DNA of 46,105 bases from Chitinophagaceae bacterium (GTDB lineage Bacteria > Bacteroidota > Bacteroidia > Chitinophagales > Chitinophagaceae). The position numbers and the translations under genes are program-made. Position 1 is the stretch's first letter; each line of letters starts with the position of its first letter. Location: the NCBI GenBank assembly GCA_025359725.1, contig JANYEX010000075.1:1-46105 (forward strand). The letters run 5' to 3'. This document shows, piece after piece, positions 16,719 through 26,654 of the stretch. The notes under the pieces were generated by a model. It did no database searches. It worked only from the letters and a program-made list of their open reading frames with translations, and was not told where the DNA came from.

Positions 16719-17681
16719 CTAACTAATTCCTTCTTTAATCAGCTCGTGCAGGTGTAAGATGCCAATATATTGTCCATTTTCTTCAACTATTAACTGGCTG
16801 ATATCGTACAATGCAAATATTTCTAACGCATCTACAGCCATAATAGTAGGTTGAATTGTTTTAGGATTGTGCGTTAATATATCAGCAGCAGTAATGTTTT
16901 TAATATTGTCGCTACGCTCAAGCATACGACGTAAATCGCCGTCTGTAATAATACCCACCACTTTATTTGTATCATCTACTACAGCCGTTACACCTAATCT
17001 TTTCTCTGTAATCTCTACAATTACTTCTTTTAGTGTAGCAGAAGGCAATACCTTGGGTGGCTCATTATCCGCTACCAAATCTTTTACTTTTAAATATAAT
17101 CTCTTGCCTAGGTTCCCGCCAGGATGATAACGCGCAAAGTCGTCATTGCCAAAATCTTTCAATTCCATTAGGCAAACAGCAATAGCATCACCCATAACCA
17201 TTTGGGCAGTTGTACTACTTGTAGGGGCTAGATTGTTAGAGCAAGCTTCCTTACTGACCGTAGTATTTATAACCAGATTAGCCTGTTGAGCCAAAAAGCT
17301 ATCCATGTTGCCAATGATGGCTATGAGTAAATTATTAAAGTTCTTTATCAATGGAACTATGGCTTTTATCTCTGGACTTTCGCCGCTTTTACTTATTATC
17401 ATTACAATGTCCCCTTCTTGTACCATGCCCAAATCGCCGTGGATGGCATCGGCAGCATGCATAAACAAAGAAGGAGTACCAGTAGAGTTGAGCGTAGCAA
17501 CAATCTTCTGGGCTACTATAGCACTTTTGCCTATACCACTTATTATAAGCCTGCCCTTACATTCATTTATTGCAGTAACGACTTTTATGAAACTATCATC
17601 GATAAAGTCTTTAAGATTTGCAATAGCGGCTGCTTCTAAAGCAATCGTTTGTTGTGCTGTTTGAGAAATAGATAAATTCAT
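16719..17681 (-). CDS. kdsD: KpsF/GutQ-family arabinose-5-phosphate isomerase (SIS + 2 CBS domains)
   Basis: SGIGKS, STGTP, HGDLG, APTSST, HPGGNLG, ITDGDLRR. Start moved to the ATG at 17681 because the ORF-track TTG lies inside a TACCTTTG promoter box (17688-17695). Confidence 0.92.
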   Translation of the reverse strand: MNLSISQTAQQTIALEAAAIANLKDFIDDSFIKVVTAINECKGRLIISGIGKSAIVAQKIVATLNSTGTPSLFMHAADAIHGDLGMVQEGDIVMIISKSGESPEIKAIVPLIKNFNNLLIAIIGNMDSFLAQQANLVINTTVSKEACSNNLAPTSSTTAQMVMGDAIAVCLMELKDFGNDDFARYHPGGNLGKRLYLKVKDLVADNEPPKVLPSATLKEVIVEITEKRLGVTAVVDDTNKVVGIITDGDLRRMLERSDNIKNITAADILTHNPKTIQPTIMAVDALEIFALYDISQLIVEENGQYIGILHLHELIKEGIS

Positions 17682-17779
17682 GGATGGCAAAGGTATGTTT
17701 CTGCAATAAAGGTTTTAAATAGTTTTTAAAATAGTTGCGAAAGCTAATAGTATCGTTTATTAATGTAAGAGTGGTATCC

Positions 17780-18952
17780 TTAAAATTCTTTGCCGTGTGT
17801 TAACTTAATTAATGGATTAGCCAAGAAAGGAAATAGGTTCATGGTATTGACCAGTAGATTGGATGTTGTTACACTACCGAACATAGATTGTATCACCCGT
17901 CCTGTAGCAAGCCGAGTACTAAACTGTTGCTTCCAAGCTTGCTGATAGTTGGTTTCCATTTGATCTCTGCTGATTCTTTTGTGAAGAAATAAATCTACTT
18001 GTTCAAAGGCAAGTTTACTTGCGTGCATTGCCATACTCATCCCATTTCCACAAAGAGGGGTGATACTACCAGCAGAATCTCCTACCATCAATACATGATT
18101 TTCTACAGTATCTTTTTTTTGAAAGCTTATTTGAGAAATAGCAATTGGATGAGGAAAAAGAAGCTCAGCATTTATAAAAATATTCTTAAGAAAAGGATTT
18201 TTGTGCAAGATATTTTCTTCCATAAGTTTAATAGAATTATTGTTATCCTTAAGGTTTTGGGCAGTGGTTAGGTAGCAAAGACAACTCTTGTTATTCTCTA
18301 TCTTACTCATTCCACAATATCCATTCTCAAAATTGTGTAGCGCGATTGTATCAATAGGATGATTGTAGCGGATATGGTATTTAATGCCGATATAGTTATT
18401 CAGTTTATTGGGTTTCTGTTGCACAAAATCTCTTTTCCATTGCACATCAATATTGCTTCTTTTACCGAAGCTGCCAATAGTTATTGCCGAATTCCATTTA
18501 ATATTGCCATTAGCAGATTGAACATTAATGGTAAATTCCCCTTTGTCTTTTATTGGTTCATTAAAGACAATATCGGTCACTTTTGTCTGAGTAAACAATT
18601 GAACCCCTTTTTTAGCGGCTATCTCTGCAAGCAATGAATCTATTTTATACCGACTAATACCAAACCCACCCAGTGGAAGTGCATGAGAGAATAATTTTCC
18701 GTTTGTAGAGCTTACTTGCAATTGATTGATAATTGGCAACCCAATTTCTTCCAAAGGCAAGCCCAAACTAATCAAAAACTGCCACGATTCGATACTGATA
18801 TATTCTCCACAGACTTTATGATGGGGATATGATTCTTTCTCAAACAAGGCAACAGAATAACCTCTATCCGCAGCTTGGATGGCTAAGCAAAGTCCTGCCA
18901 AGCCACCACCGATAATTGCTATATTTGAATATGATTTGTTTGTTGTAATCAT
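17780..18952 (-). CDS. FAD/NAD(P)-dependent oxidoreductase (geranylgeranyl reductase/flavin monooxygenase superfamily)
   Basis: IIGGGLAG, KVCGEYIS, GDSAGSITPLCGNGMSMA; ATGA overlap with the upstream methyltransferase. Confidence 0.9.
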   Translation of the reverse strand: MITTNKSYSNIAIIGGGLAGLCLAIQAADRGYSVALFEKESYPHHKVCGEYISIESWQFLISLGLPLEEIGLPIINQLQVSSTNGKLFSHALPLGGFGISRYKIDSLLAEIAAKKGVQLFTQTKVTDIVFNEPIKDKGEFTINVQSANGNIKWNSAITIGSFGKRSNIDVQWKRDFVQQKPNKLNNYIGIKYHIRYNHPIDTIALHNFENGYCGMSKIENNKSCLCYLTTAQNLKDNNNSIKLMEENILHKNPFLKNIFINAELLFPHPIAISQISFQKKDTVENHVLMVGDSAGSITPLCGNGMSMAMHASKLAFEQVDLFLHKRISRDQMETNYQQAWKQQFSTRLATGRVIQSMFGSVTTSNLLVNTMNLFPFLANPLIKLTHGKEF

Positions 18953-19632
18953 TTATGTACGATAATTAAATGTCTAAAAGCCCATTTCCATTGGATGGAA
19001 TAATTACTAATTCCTGCTTCTTTAAAGATATTCTCCCATTCTTTTCTTTTAAAACCCCTTAACACCGAAATGGGTGCATCATTCTTTACTAGATAAGATT
19101 TAGAAAACAACTTCGTAATGAGTTTAATAGAATAATACGCCAACGGATGACGGTGCAAATCGTTTATAAAGAAACCTATTTTACTATTCTGGTTCATCCA
19201 TTTAAGTTGCTCTACCAATTGCTCATTAGTAAAATGGTGACAAAAAAGAGAAGAGAAAATAATAGTTGGAACTTGATTCAAAGTTGCTTTTCTATAATCG
19301 CTAGCAATCCATTGGGCATTAATAGAAGGATAGTTTTGTTTTGCTGTATCAATACATTCCTTTTTTATATCGATGCCAATTGGCTGTATGTTTTGTATTT
19401 TAGAATTAATTGCAAGCAGATTATCTCCTCCACCGCAGCCTATCTCGCAGATAGTAGATGAGTTATTTGTTTCTTTAAGTAATGCTTTTACACCCTTAAT
19501 GGTTATTGAATGCCCGCCCAACAAAGTATTGATGATATTTAACTCCTGCATATTCTGCCTGATGTCTTCAAAAGGGATGGCATCGCTATCTAGTAATTCC
19601 TTTTGTAAACTTCGATGTTTAAAATCAATCAT
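18949..19632 (-). CDS. Class I SAM-dependent methyltransferase
   Basis: EIGCGGGD motif I, SLFCHHF, INDLHR, DAPISV; N-terminal RS...ELLD. ATG at 19632 preferred because the ORF-track start is inside an inverted repeat. Confidence 0.88.
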   Translation of the reverse strand: MIDFKHRSLQKELLDSDAIPFEDIRQNMQELNIINTLLGGHSITIKGVKALLKETNNSSTICEIGCGGGDNLLAINSKIQNIQPIGIDIKKECIDTAKQNYPSINAQWIASDYRKATLNQVPTIIFSSLFCHHFTNEQLVEQLKWMNQNSKIGFFINDLHRHPLAYYSIKLITKLFSKSYLVKNDAPISVLRGFKRKEWENIFKEAGISNYSIQWKWAFRHLIIVHK

Positions 19633-19645
19633 AAATAAGAGGTTT

Positions 19646-19796
19646 GCCACAAAGGCACTAAGAAAAAAAGAAGCACAAAGAGTTTACATTGCTAAATTCC
19701 TTTTTCAATACAAGGTCATAAAATTGAGATTGTAATAATTCCTTTTTTATTCCTTCCTTCCCTTAGTGCTACTTTGAGACTATGTGTCTTTGTGGC
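19646..19796. repeat. Inverted repeat (CCACAAAGGCAC type) between the PKS and methyltransferase genes
   Basis: GCCACAAAGGCAC (19646-19658) vs GTGTCTTTGTGGC (19784-19796), plus inner GCACTAAG/CTTAGTGC. Confidence 0.7.
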
Positions 19797-19823
19797 GATT
19801 ATCTAAACCTAATAACATTTTCT

Positions 19824-20909
19824 TTAGGCGATAGGTGTAAACTTTGCTGTCAGTGTTTCCATCGTTAATCCCGGGCCAAAGGCGCAACCAAATAAGTTTT
19901 CGCCTTTACTTGCTTTTGCCATCAATTCTTTCATCACAAACAAGATTGTGGGCGAACTCATATTGCCATATTTCCCCAAAACATCGTAACTCTCTTGCAA
20001 TTGCTTCTTATCAATATGCAGTGATTGCTCAACAGATTCCAGTATCTTTCTTCCCCCAGGATGAATGCACCAGTGTGTCATATCGCTCACCTGCAAATTG
20101 TTAGGTAGCAAAGCTTTCTCTACCAATCCTGCAATGTCTGCTTTTACAATGTCCGCAACATAACTACTCAGGCTCATCAAAAAGCCTTTACTACTCAGCT
20201 TCCAACTCATGTCGTCCTTGCCATTACTATCAATTAAACTATAAAAAGAAAGCAACTTAAATCCGCCGCCTTCCTCGCCATTCGTTACCAAAGCAGCCGC
20301 ACATCCATCGGCAAATAACAAACTGCTACTTACGTTATCAACGGTATATTCTTTCTGAAAATGAATCGTACACAACTCTGTACATACTAGTAAAACCTTT
20401 GCTGAATCATCTCCATCAACAATCAATTTAGCTAACTTTAATGCATGTATTGCGGCGTAACATCCCATGAAGTTTACCGATGTCCTGAATAGGGTAGGGG
20501 ATAGTTTTAGTTCTTCGGCTATCAATAAATCTAATCCTGGCGCACTCATCCCAGTACAACTTACTGTTATTAAATGAGTCAATTCTTTAGGATTTATATC
20601 CCCCAAACAATCCTTTATGGCAGCAATACTTAGTGGTAATGCCTCCCTATCGTACACTTCCATCCGCTTATCTAGGTTAGGGAAGGGAGCATTCTTATCC
20701 GCAGGGATAAACTGCCATTCTTCTTTTGGCAATCCAAAATCGGGTATTACCGAGTGGCGTGTATTGATGCTACTCTGATGATACAGATATTTCAGCTTGC
20801 GCTTTTCTGTGTCATCCACATCAAACGCATCTTGCATAAAATGCAAAATATCTTCTTGTAAATGTTTGTTTTCTGGAACCGCTGTGCCGATTGAAATGAC
20901 TGTTGCCAA
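19824..20909 (-). CDS. Type III polyketide synthase (chalcone synthase superfamily)
   Basis: Cys-His-Asn triad in FMGCYAA, IHPGGRKIL and YGNMSS; also VSCTG, ELCTIH, LFADG, AFGPGLT; TTG start. Confidence 0.96.
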   Translation of the reverse strand: MATVISIGTAVPENKHLQEDILHFMQDAFDVDDTEKRKLKYLYHQSSINTRHSVIPDFGLPKEEWQFIPADKNAPFPNLDKRMEVYDREALPLSIAAIKDCLGDINPKELTHLITVSCTGMSAPGLDLLIAEELKLSPTLFRTSVNFMGCYAAIHALKLAKLIVDGDDSAKVLLVCTELCTIHFQKEYTVDNVSSSLLFADGCAAALVTNGEEGGGFKLLSFYSLIDSNGKDDMSWKLSSKGFLMSLSSYVADIVKADIAGLVEKALLPNNLQVSDMTHWCIHPGGRKILESVEQSLHIDKKQLQESYDVLGKYGNMSSPTILFVMKELMAKASKGENLFGCAFGPGLTMETLTAKFTPIA

Positions 20910-20914
20910 AATAT

Positions 20915-21796
20915 TTATTTATGATTTAAAAAGATTAAAACTCCAAAAGCGATGTTAGTACAAGTAGACGCTAGCCAATTCATTTTCATCGTATGTTCAA
21001 AGTCGGCCTTCGTGCCATCTTTCCAAACTTGTACAAACCAGTTTAGGAAATAAACGATAACGGGTGCGAATAAGATTTGTGTGATAAAAAAAGAATTAAC
21101 TTGGTTTATCTGATAAAAGTGATTAAAAAGTAACCCAAAAGAAATGCTATATAACAACATACAAAACAAAAACGTTCCTCTTTTGCCCATCAGCATACTA
21201 ATGGTATTAACACCATCCTTAGCATCTTGTTCGTGTTGATAAATTTGGGTGATAGGATAAAAACCACCAATTAGTAAGGTGCTTATCAAAACGCCATCCC
21301 ATGGAATGGATAAAGTAAGATTAGATGATACTGCGTGATAAACCAAAAAGAAAGTAGTACCGCCCTGATTAATGATTACTGTAAGAAAACCGATAATGGG
21401 GTAGCGTTTTAACCGTATGCCCCGATAACTGTATAACCTACTAAAAACTATATAAACAATTACTAACAACAAGGTTATTTTACTGATAAACAGTGCGATG
21501 ATACAAGCCAAAACGTCCATCAATACGCTAGTAATAAACAATTGTCTAGTAGGCTGCATAGGGTTTTTTATACCACCAATACTTGCCTCATCCCTGTCCA
21601 TGTAACTGTTATATCCGTTGCTAGACGGGTAAATTAGGAAGTGTAAAAGGAAGAAAACCAACGCTGCCCTGCCGATATTTATCTGCGGCACAAGGCTGAG
21701 TGCAAACAGATATACTGGCAGCAAAAAGAAAGAAAACTTAAACCGAAGTAGTTGTATTGTTGACTTGTGTAACAAAGCTGTGCGTTTATTTCGCAT
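20915..21796 (-). CDS. UbiA-family membrane prenyltransferase
   Basis: SSNGYNSYMDRDE first acidic motif; TQIYQHEQDAKDG second motif; polytopic hydrophobic profile. Confidence 0.88.
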   Translation of the reverse strand: MRNKRTALLHKSTIQLLRFKFSFFLLPVYLFALSLVPQINIGRAALVFFLLHFLIYPSSNGYNSYMDRDEASIGGIKNPMQPTRQLFITSVLMDVLACIIALFISKITLLLVIVYIVFSRLYSYRGIRLKRYPIIGFLTVIINQGGTTFFLVYHAVSSNLTLSIPWDGVLISTLLIGGFYPITQIYQHEQDAKDGVNTISMLMGKRGTFLFCMLLYSISFGLLFNHFYQINQVNSFFITQILFAPVIVYFLNWFVQVWKDGTKADFEHTMKMNWLASTCTNIAFGVLIFLNHK

Positions 21797-22271
21797 AAAG
21801 ATAGAGTTGTTTGAGGTTGGATATACATATTTTCAATCTAATAACTTTATATTGTGTTCCTGCCCAATATAGGCTGACAGGTTATTTAACTATTAAACAA
21901 CCCCTACTGGCGTATGAATCCTTTCATGTACCTTCCGTTACTTATTCTCAAATATTAAATGACTTGTTACTATTCAAATTATAGTAACATGCAGTCCATG
22001 ACAGGAGTCATGAACTAGAACACGATATTCATGCGCCAGTTGGGATAGACAAGCCATTTGATAAAAAGCTTTAGACCCCATGCTTTTGGGATTCGTCTTC
22101 ACCATTTTCTATTGGAAATATCGCAATATCACTATCCCCATTTTCTGCCATTTCCTGTGGGACTTTATCTCTTTGTCCGCCTCGATAAGAGGACATTAGT
22201 ATTGATAAACTTCAGCTTAATCAATCTTTATAAACTATTTAAATTACCAAACATCTTTTAAAAAGTTATTA

Positions 22272-22583
22272 CTCAAAAAAGTGTTTTCATTGCCTGTAGC
22301 GCAAAGCAGGAAGGCAAAACAAGTGTATTTGCTCCCTAGTGTGCTAGACAGGCAGTATAAACAGTTGTTTACATAACCTGTTTAGCTGGACAGGCAATAA
22401 AAACAGTTATTTACATTACCTGTTTAGCTCGACAGCCAGCAAAAACACTTGTTTAAGTAACCTGTCTTGCTCAACAGGTTTATATTGTAGTTGTTTTTAC
22501 TACCTGTTGTGCAGAGCAGGTTATAAAAACACTTGTTTCGCTATTTTCCGTTGCTAGACAGGCAATGAAAACACTTTTTTGAG
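22272..22583. repeat. MITE-like element: perfect 26-bp terminal inverted repeats enclosing seven 42-bp palindromic units
   Basis: CTCAAAAAAGTGTTTTCATTGCCTGT (22272-22297) is the exact reverse complement of 22558-22583; CCTGT-N8-ACAGG-like cores at 22293, 22335, 22377, 22419, 22461, 22503 and 22545. Confidence 0.92.
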
Positions 22584-22800
22584 ATTAAATTACATTAATT
22601 AATTTAACAAATTCTAGCTTTCCAGCTCCAACTATTTTGCTTTTTGATTATCACTTATATGATGTATAAGTATTGTCTGGATAAAATATAACTTGGAAGA
22701 ATAGAAATATTTTTAGTTGCTATGCGATTTTTGAGTAATCAGTTTATAATCATTAATAATTTATAAATAATTGTTATCAATTGTAAATTCTCCTTTGCCC

Positions 22801-22808
22801 TATCTTTG
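22801..22808 (+). promoter_or_regulatory. -7 promoter element for the polysaccharide operon
   Basis: TATCTTTG, 28 bp before the small-ORF ATG. Confidence 0.65.
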
Positions 22809-22836
22809 AACCACATAAATTACTTTCTCAATAATC

Positions 22837-22989
22837 ATGCGTACAGACCCCACATTGGTACATAGAAAGAGGAAACAAGATGCCTTGCAGATAAAGACGA
22901 ATATCGTAACCCGCAAGGTAGCTATTTGGTTTGTGGTGGCATTATTGGTAGCGCTATTTTTTAAAATGATACTTCCCTCTTCCGTGTAA
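22837..22989 (+). CDS. 50-aa single-pass membrane small protein (below the ORF-track cutoff)
   Basis: MRTDPTLVHRKRKQDALQIKTNIVTRKVAIWFVVALLVALFFKMILPSSV*; follows the promoter box; TAATG coupling to the next gene. Confidence 0.7.
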   Translation: MRTDPTLVHRKRKQDALQIKTNIVTRKVAIWFVVALLVALFFKMILPSSV

Positions 22990-24491
22990 TGATAAACTTT
23001 CAGATACCCGTCAATCAACACCCCGACAGCAAATGGGCAACCGTCGTTGATACGCTAAGGCGTTGGGTATTGCGCGAGAAGATGTTGAACCCCTTTGGTT
23101 TTGTGGTATTTACGCTATTAAGTAGTTTGTTTGCCGTGCTTATTGCTACAAAAGGGTTTGTCATTGGTATATTAATTATTGCTGCTTTAGTAGCACCAGT
23201 TATGCTTTATTGCGTGGCTACTAACCCCCAATTTGGCATATTATCCTACATCACATTGGCTTATGTAATCATGTTTTTACTAAGAATGGGCACTTCGTTT
23301 CCGCTTGGTACGCTCATGGATGGAATGCTGCTGATATTTATCATTAATTTTTTTGTTCAGCAAAAGAAAAGCAAACGGTGGGATTTGGTTAAAGGCCCCA
23401 TGAGTCAGGCAATAATGGTATGGATAATTTATAATATCCTCGAGGTAGGCAATCCTGCGGCAGAGTCGCGCGTTGCCTGGGTTTACACCATCAGAACTAT
23501 CTCCGTTGTCGCCATTGGATACTATATTTTTGTATATAATATCCGGACAAAAGCTTTTCTTAAAACGATTATTGCCTTCTGGATGTTCTTCTCGGTTTTT
23601 GCGGCATGGTACGCGTTTAAACAAGAGTTCTTTGGCTTTTTTCAGTTTGAGGAAGACTATCTGCACTCTAGTAGCGAGATTATGTTACTACTGTTTATAG
23701 CAGGACATTGGCGTAAGTTTTCTATCTTTTCCGACCCAGTAACTTTTGCTTATAACATGGTGGCAGCAGCGGTTTTTTGCATGGGTATGCTTACGGGTCC
23801 AGTAACTACCAAGCGAAGAATATGGCTTATTTTCTTCATGGTATCGTGTATTATAAGTATGATATGGTCTGGCACTAGGGGCGCATTTCCACTAATCCCA
23901 GTTGTGCTTGTTTTATACGCCATTATTAAGTTCAGTAGAAAAATATTGATATTTACCATTATAGCAGCTTTGTTTATAGTAGGGCTGATATTTATGCCAA
24001 CATCTAACCAGAATATCCTTCGATTCCAGTCTGCCTTTAGACCAAACGATGATGCTTCTTACAAGGTACGTAAGATAAATCAGGCACGAATTAAACCTTA
24101 TATCTGGTCGCACCCAATTGGTGGCGGCCTTGGTAGCACGGGTGAGTGGGGTAAAAAGTTTTCACCAGGATCATACCTATCCAACTTTCCTCCAGATAGT
24201 GGTTATGTTCGTACAACGGTAGAAGCTGGGCCTGTAGGATTACTTATTTTTGTGATAATGATGTTTGTTATTCTGAAAACAGGCATTAATAATTACTACA
24301 AGATTAGGGATCCAGAACTTAAATCAATCTGCTTAGGGGCAACTTTTGTAGTATTTGTTTTTAATATTGGTAATTTTCCGCAAGAAGCTTTGGTACAATA
24401 TCCATCGAACGTTTACTTTTACCTCTCGGCAGCTTTTATAGTGGTTACGAGAAGAATAGATGAACAACAGAATCAATTAATCCATGAATAA
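22989..24491 (+). CDS. O-antigen ligase/Wzy-like polysaccharide polymerase family membrane protein
   Basis: Polytopic; RKFSIFSDP, SGTRGA, HPIGGGLG, PPDSGY...VEAG.VGL. Confidence 0.85.
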   Translation: MINFQIPVNQHPDSKWATVVDTLRRWVLREKMLNPFGFVVFTLLSSLFAVLIATKGFVIGILIIAALVAPVMLYCVATNPQFGILSYITLAYVIMFLLRMGTSFPLGTLMDGMLLIFIINFFVQQKKSKRWDLVKGPMSQAIMVWIIYNILEVGNPAAESRVAWVYTIRTISVVAIGYYIFVYNIRTKAFLKTIIAFWMFFSVFAAWYAFKQEFFGFFQFEEDYLHSSSEIMLLLFIAGHWRKFSIFSDPVTFAYNMVAAAVFCMGMLTGPVTTKRRIWLIFFMVSCIISMIWSGTRGAFPLIPVVLVLYAIIKFSRKILIFTIIAALFIVGLIFMPTSNQNILRFQSAFRPNDDASYKVRKINQARIKPYIWSHPIGGGLGSTGEWGKKFSPGSYLSNFPPDSGYVRTTVEAGPVGLLIFVIMMFVILKTGINNYYKIRDPELKSICLGATFVVFVFNIGNFPQEALVQYPSNVYFYLSAAFIVVTRRIDEQQNQLIHE

Positions 24492-25695
24492 AGCAACATT
24501 AATAACTGGGCGCGACATTGTAATAGTGGGTCAGCAGCCTTGGGACACAGAAATAGGCAGCAACTGCAAAAACATTGCAGTGGAAATGAGCAAGCATAAT
24601 AGGGTGCTGTATGTAAACTCGCCTCTGGATAGAATTACTTTATTAAGAAATAGGAAAGACCCTAAGATACAAAAACGTATTAGGATAATAAATGGCAAGG
24701 AAGAAGGATTGGTTGAGATAAAAGAAAACCTTTGGAATCTATATCCAGGCAGGATTATAGAATCTATCAACTGGATGAGTTCGCAACTGTTATTCGAAAC
24801 ATTAAACAGGATAAATAACAGAAGTTTTGCCGTTCCTATACTTAAAACAATAAGAAAACTGGGCTTCTCCAATGTTATTCTTTTTAATGACAATGATATG
24901 TTCAGGTGCTTTTACCTGAAAGAGTTACTAAAGCCTGCGGTAAGCATCTACTACTCAAGGGATTACATGTTAGCGGTAGATTATTGGAAGAAACATGGTG
25001 AAAAGTTAGAGTTTAAACTAATCATGAAGAGTGATATATGCGTGGCAAACTCTACTTACTTAGCTGATTATTGTGGACGATACAATAGAAAGTCCTACTA
25101 TGTTGGGCAAGGCTGCGAACTAGATATATTCATGAAGGCAGGCGAAACAGAAATACCAACCGACTTAACAGCTATTTCTAAACCCATAATAGGTTATGTT
25201 GGGGCTTTGCAAAGCTTGCGATTAAGTGTAGATACAATTGCGCATATTGCTTCGTCACACCCCGAGTGGAGTGTGGTTTTGGTGGGGCCAGAGGATTATA
25301 ATTTTACACGTAGCATTTTACACCATATTGATAATGTTCACTTTTTGGGAAGCAAAGCACCATCAGAATTGCCTGCATACATAAATGCCTTCGATGTATG
25401 TATTAACCCACAGATTGTTAGTGAGGTTACAATTGGCAATTATCCTAGAAAGATAGATGAATACCTCGCGGTAGGAAAGCCTGTTGTAGCGACAGAAACC
25501 GAAGCAATGAGTATCTTTAAAGAACATACGTATCTTGCGGCTACGAAAGAAGAGTATGTAACATTGATAGAAAAGGCATTGGCTGAGAATAATGCTGCAC
25601 TACAAGAAGCTCGTAAACAGTTTGCATCGGCACATACTTGGGAGAATAGTGTTGCAGAAATTTACAAGGCGATAATAACGGTTGAGAATAAATAA
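24484..25695 (+). CDS. GT-B fold glycosyltransferase (GT4/TuaH-like)
   Basis: PIIGYVGAL, VLVGP, LPAYINAFDVCINP, YPRKIDEYLAVGKPVV. Confidence 0.9.
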   Translation: MNKATLITGRDIVIVGQQPWDTEIGSNCKNIAVEMSKHNRVLYVNSPLDRITLLRNRKDPKIQKRIRIINGKEEGLVEIKENLWNLYPGRIIESINWMSSQLLFETLNRINNRSFAVPILKTIRKLGFSNVILFNDNDMFRCFYLKELLKPAVSIYYSRDYMLAVDYWKKHGEKLEFKLIMKSDICVANSTYLADYCGRYNRKSYYVGQGCELDIFMKAGETEIPTDLTAISKPIIGYVGALQSLRLSVDTIAHIASSHPEWSVVLVGPEDYNFTRSILHHIDNVHFLGSKAPSELPAYINAFDVCINPQIVSEVTIGNYPRKIDEYLAVGKPVVATETEAMSIFKEHTYLAATKEEYVTLIEKALAENNAALQEARKQFASAHTWENSVAEIYKAIITVENK

Positions 25696-25727
25696 ACACA
25701 ACTCAATAGTAAAAGAAAATATTAATA

Positions 25728-26624
25728 ATGAGTAAACCCTCAACCCAATCATTAACTGTTGTTGTTGCCTGCGACAACCACTATCTGGTGTTGTTAGCGG
25801 CACTTATCAAGTCGATAGAGGCTAATATAAGAAGTGGGCAAACGATAGATGTTTATGTGATTGAAGATAAACTGACTGAAACTAACAAGCAAAAACTTCA
25901 TCGCTCTGTCAACCCTGCCATTACTACACTTTACTGGAAAACAATGGAAGAGGTAATTCCTGCGGGGATGGAGCTACCGTTGGATAGAAGTTCCTATCCG
26001 CTAACCATATACCTACGTTTATTTATCCCTTATTTTATTCCAGAAGAGATAGAAAAGGTATTGTACCTAGATGTAGATATGATTGTTCAAGCGGATATTA
26101 CTACCATTTTTGATAATGATTTGGGTGATAATGTAATTGCTGCCGTGATGGATCCACGTATTATTACGTTTGACAACTCTTGGGGTGGCGTTATGAACTA
26201 TCAAGAACTAGGTATTCCAGGTGATACAAAGTATTTTAACACGGGTTTACTATTGATGCAAACAAAGTTTTGGAGGGAACTTGATGTTACCAACAAAATA
26301 ATTAAATGTATTAATACCAACAAAAAGTTTGCAAACTACCCCGACCAATATGGATTGAACATTATCCTAGCAAACAAATGGCTAGAACTTAGTCCGTTAT
26401 GGAATCATTTTTCTACCGTAGATACTACAGAGAAGCCTTTTCTAATTCACTTTGTAGAAAGGAAGCCTATCTATCAGTCTTACAATTACAATCAGGAATT
26501 TAAGAAGACATTTTATCATTACCTCAATCAGACAGAGTGGAAGAACTTTAAGCCAATTGGCGAGTCGTCGAGGTATATCAAGAAGTTTAAAAATATCTTT
26601 GACAAAATAAAAAAGATGTTTTGA
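25728..26624 (+). CDS. Glycosyltransferase family 8
   Basis: ACDNHY, YLRL, KVLYLDVDMIV, YFNTGLLL, DQYGLN, IHF...KP. Confidence 0.93.
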   Translation: MSKPSTQSLTVVVACDNHYLVLLAALIKSIEANIRSGQTIDVYVIEDKLTETNKQKLHRSVNPAITTLYWKTMEEVIPAGMELPLDRSSYPLTIYLRLFIPYFIPEEIEKVLYLDVDMIVQADITTIFDNDLGDNVIAAVMDPRIITFDNSWGGVMNYQELGIPGDTKYFNTGLLLMQTKFWRELDVTNKIIKCINTNKKFANYPDQYGLNIILANKWLELSPLWNHFSTVDTTEKPFLIHFVERKPIYQSYNYNQEFKKTFYHYLNQTEWKNFKPIGESSRYIKKFKNIFDKIKKMF

Positions 26625-26654
26625 AGCCCAAGAACCCAAAAACAAATACTATAA

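Noticed and set aside
21800-22261. Possible gene remnant and 67-aa ORF upstream of ubiA
   Set aside because: I recognised no motif in the frames examined; needs blastx.
22272-22583. CRISPR array interpretation of the 42-bp and 21-bp arrays
   Set aside because: Units are contiguous degenerate tandem repeats without unique ~30-bp spacers; the period is too short; no cas genes in the window.
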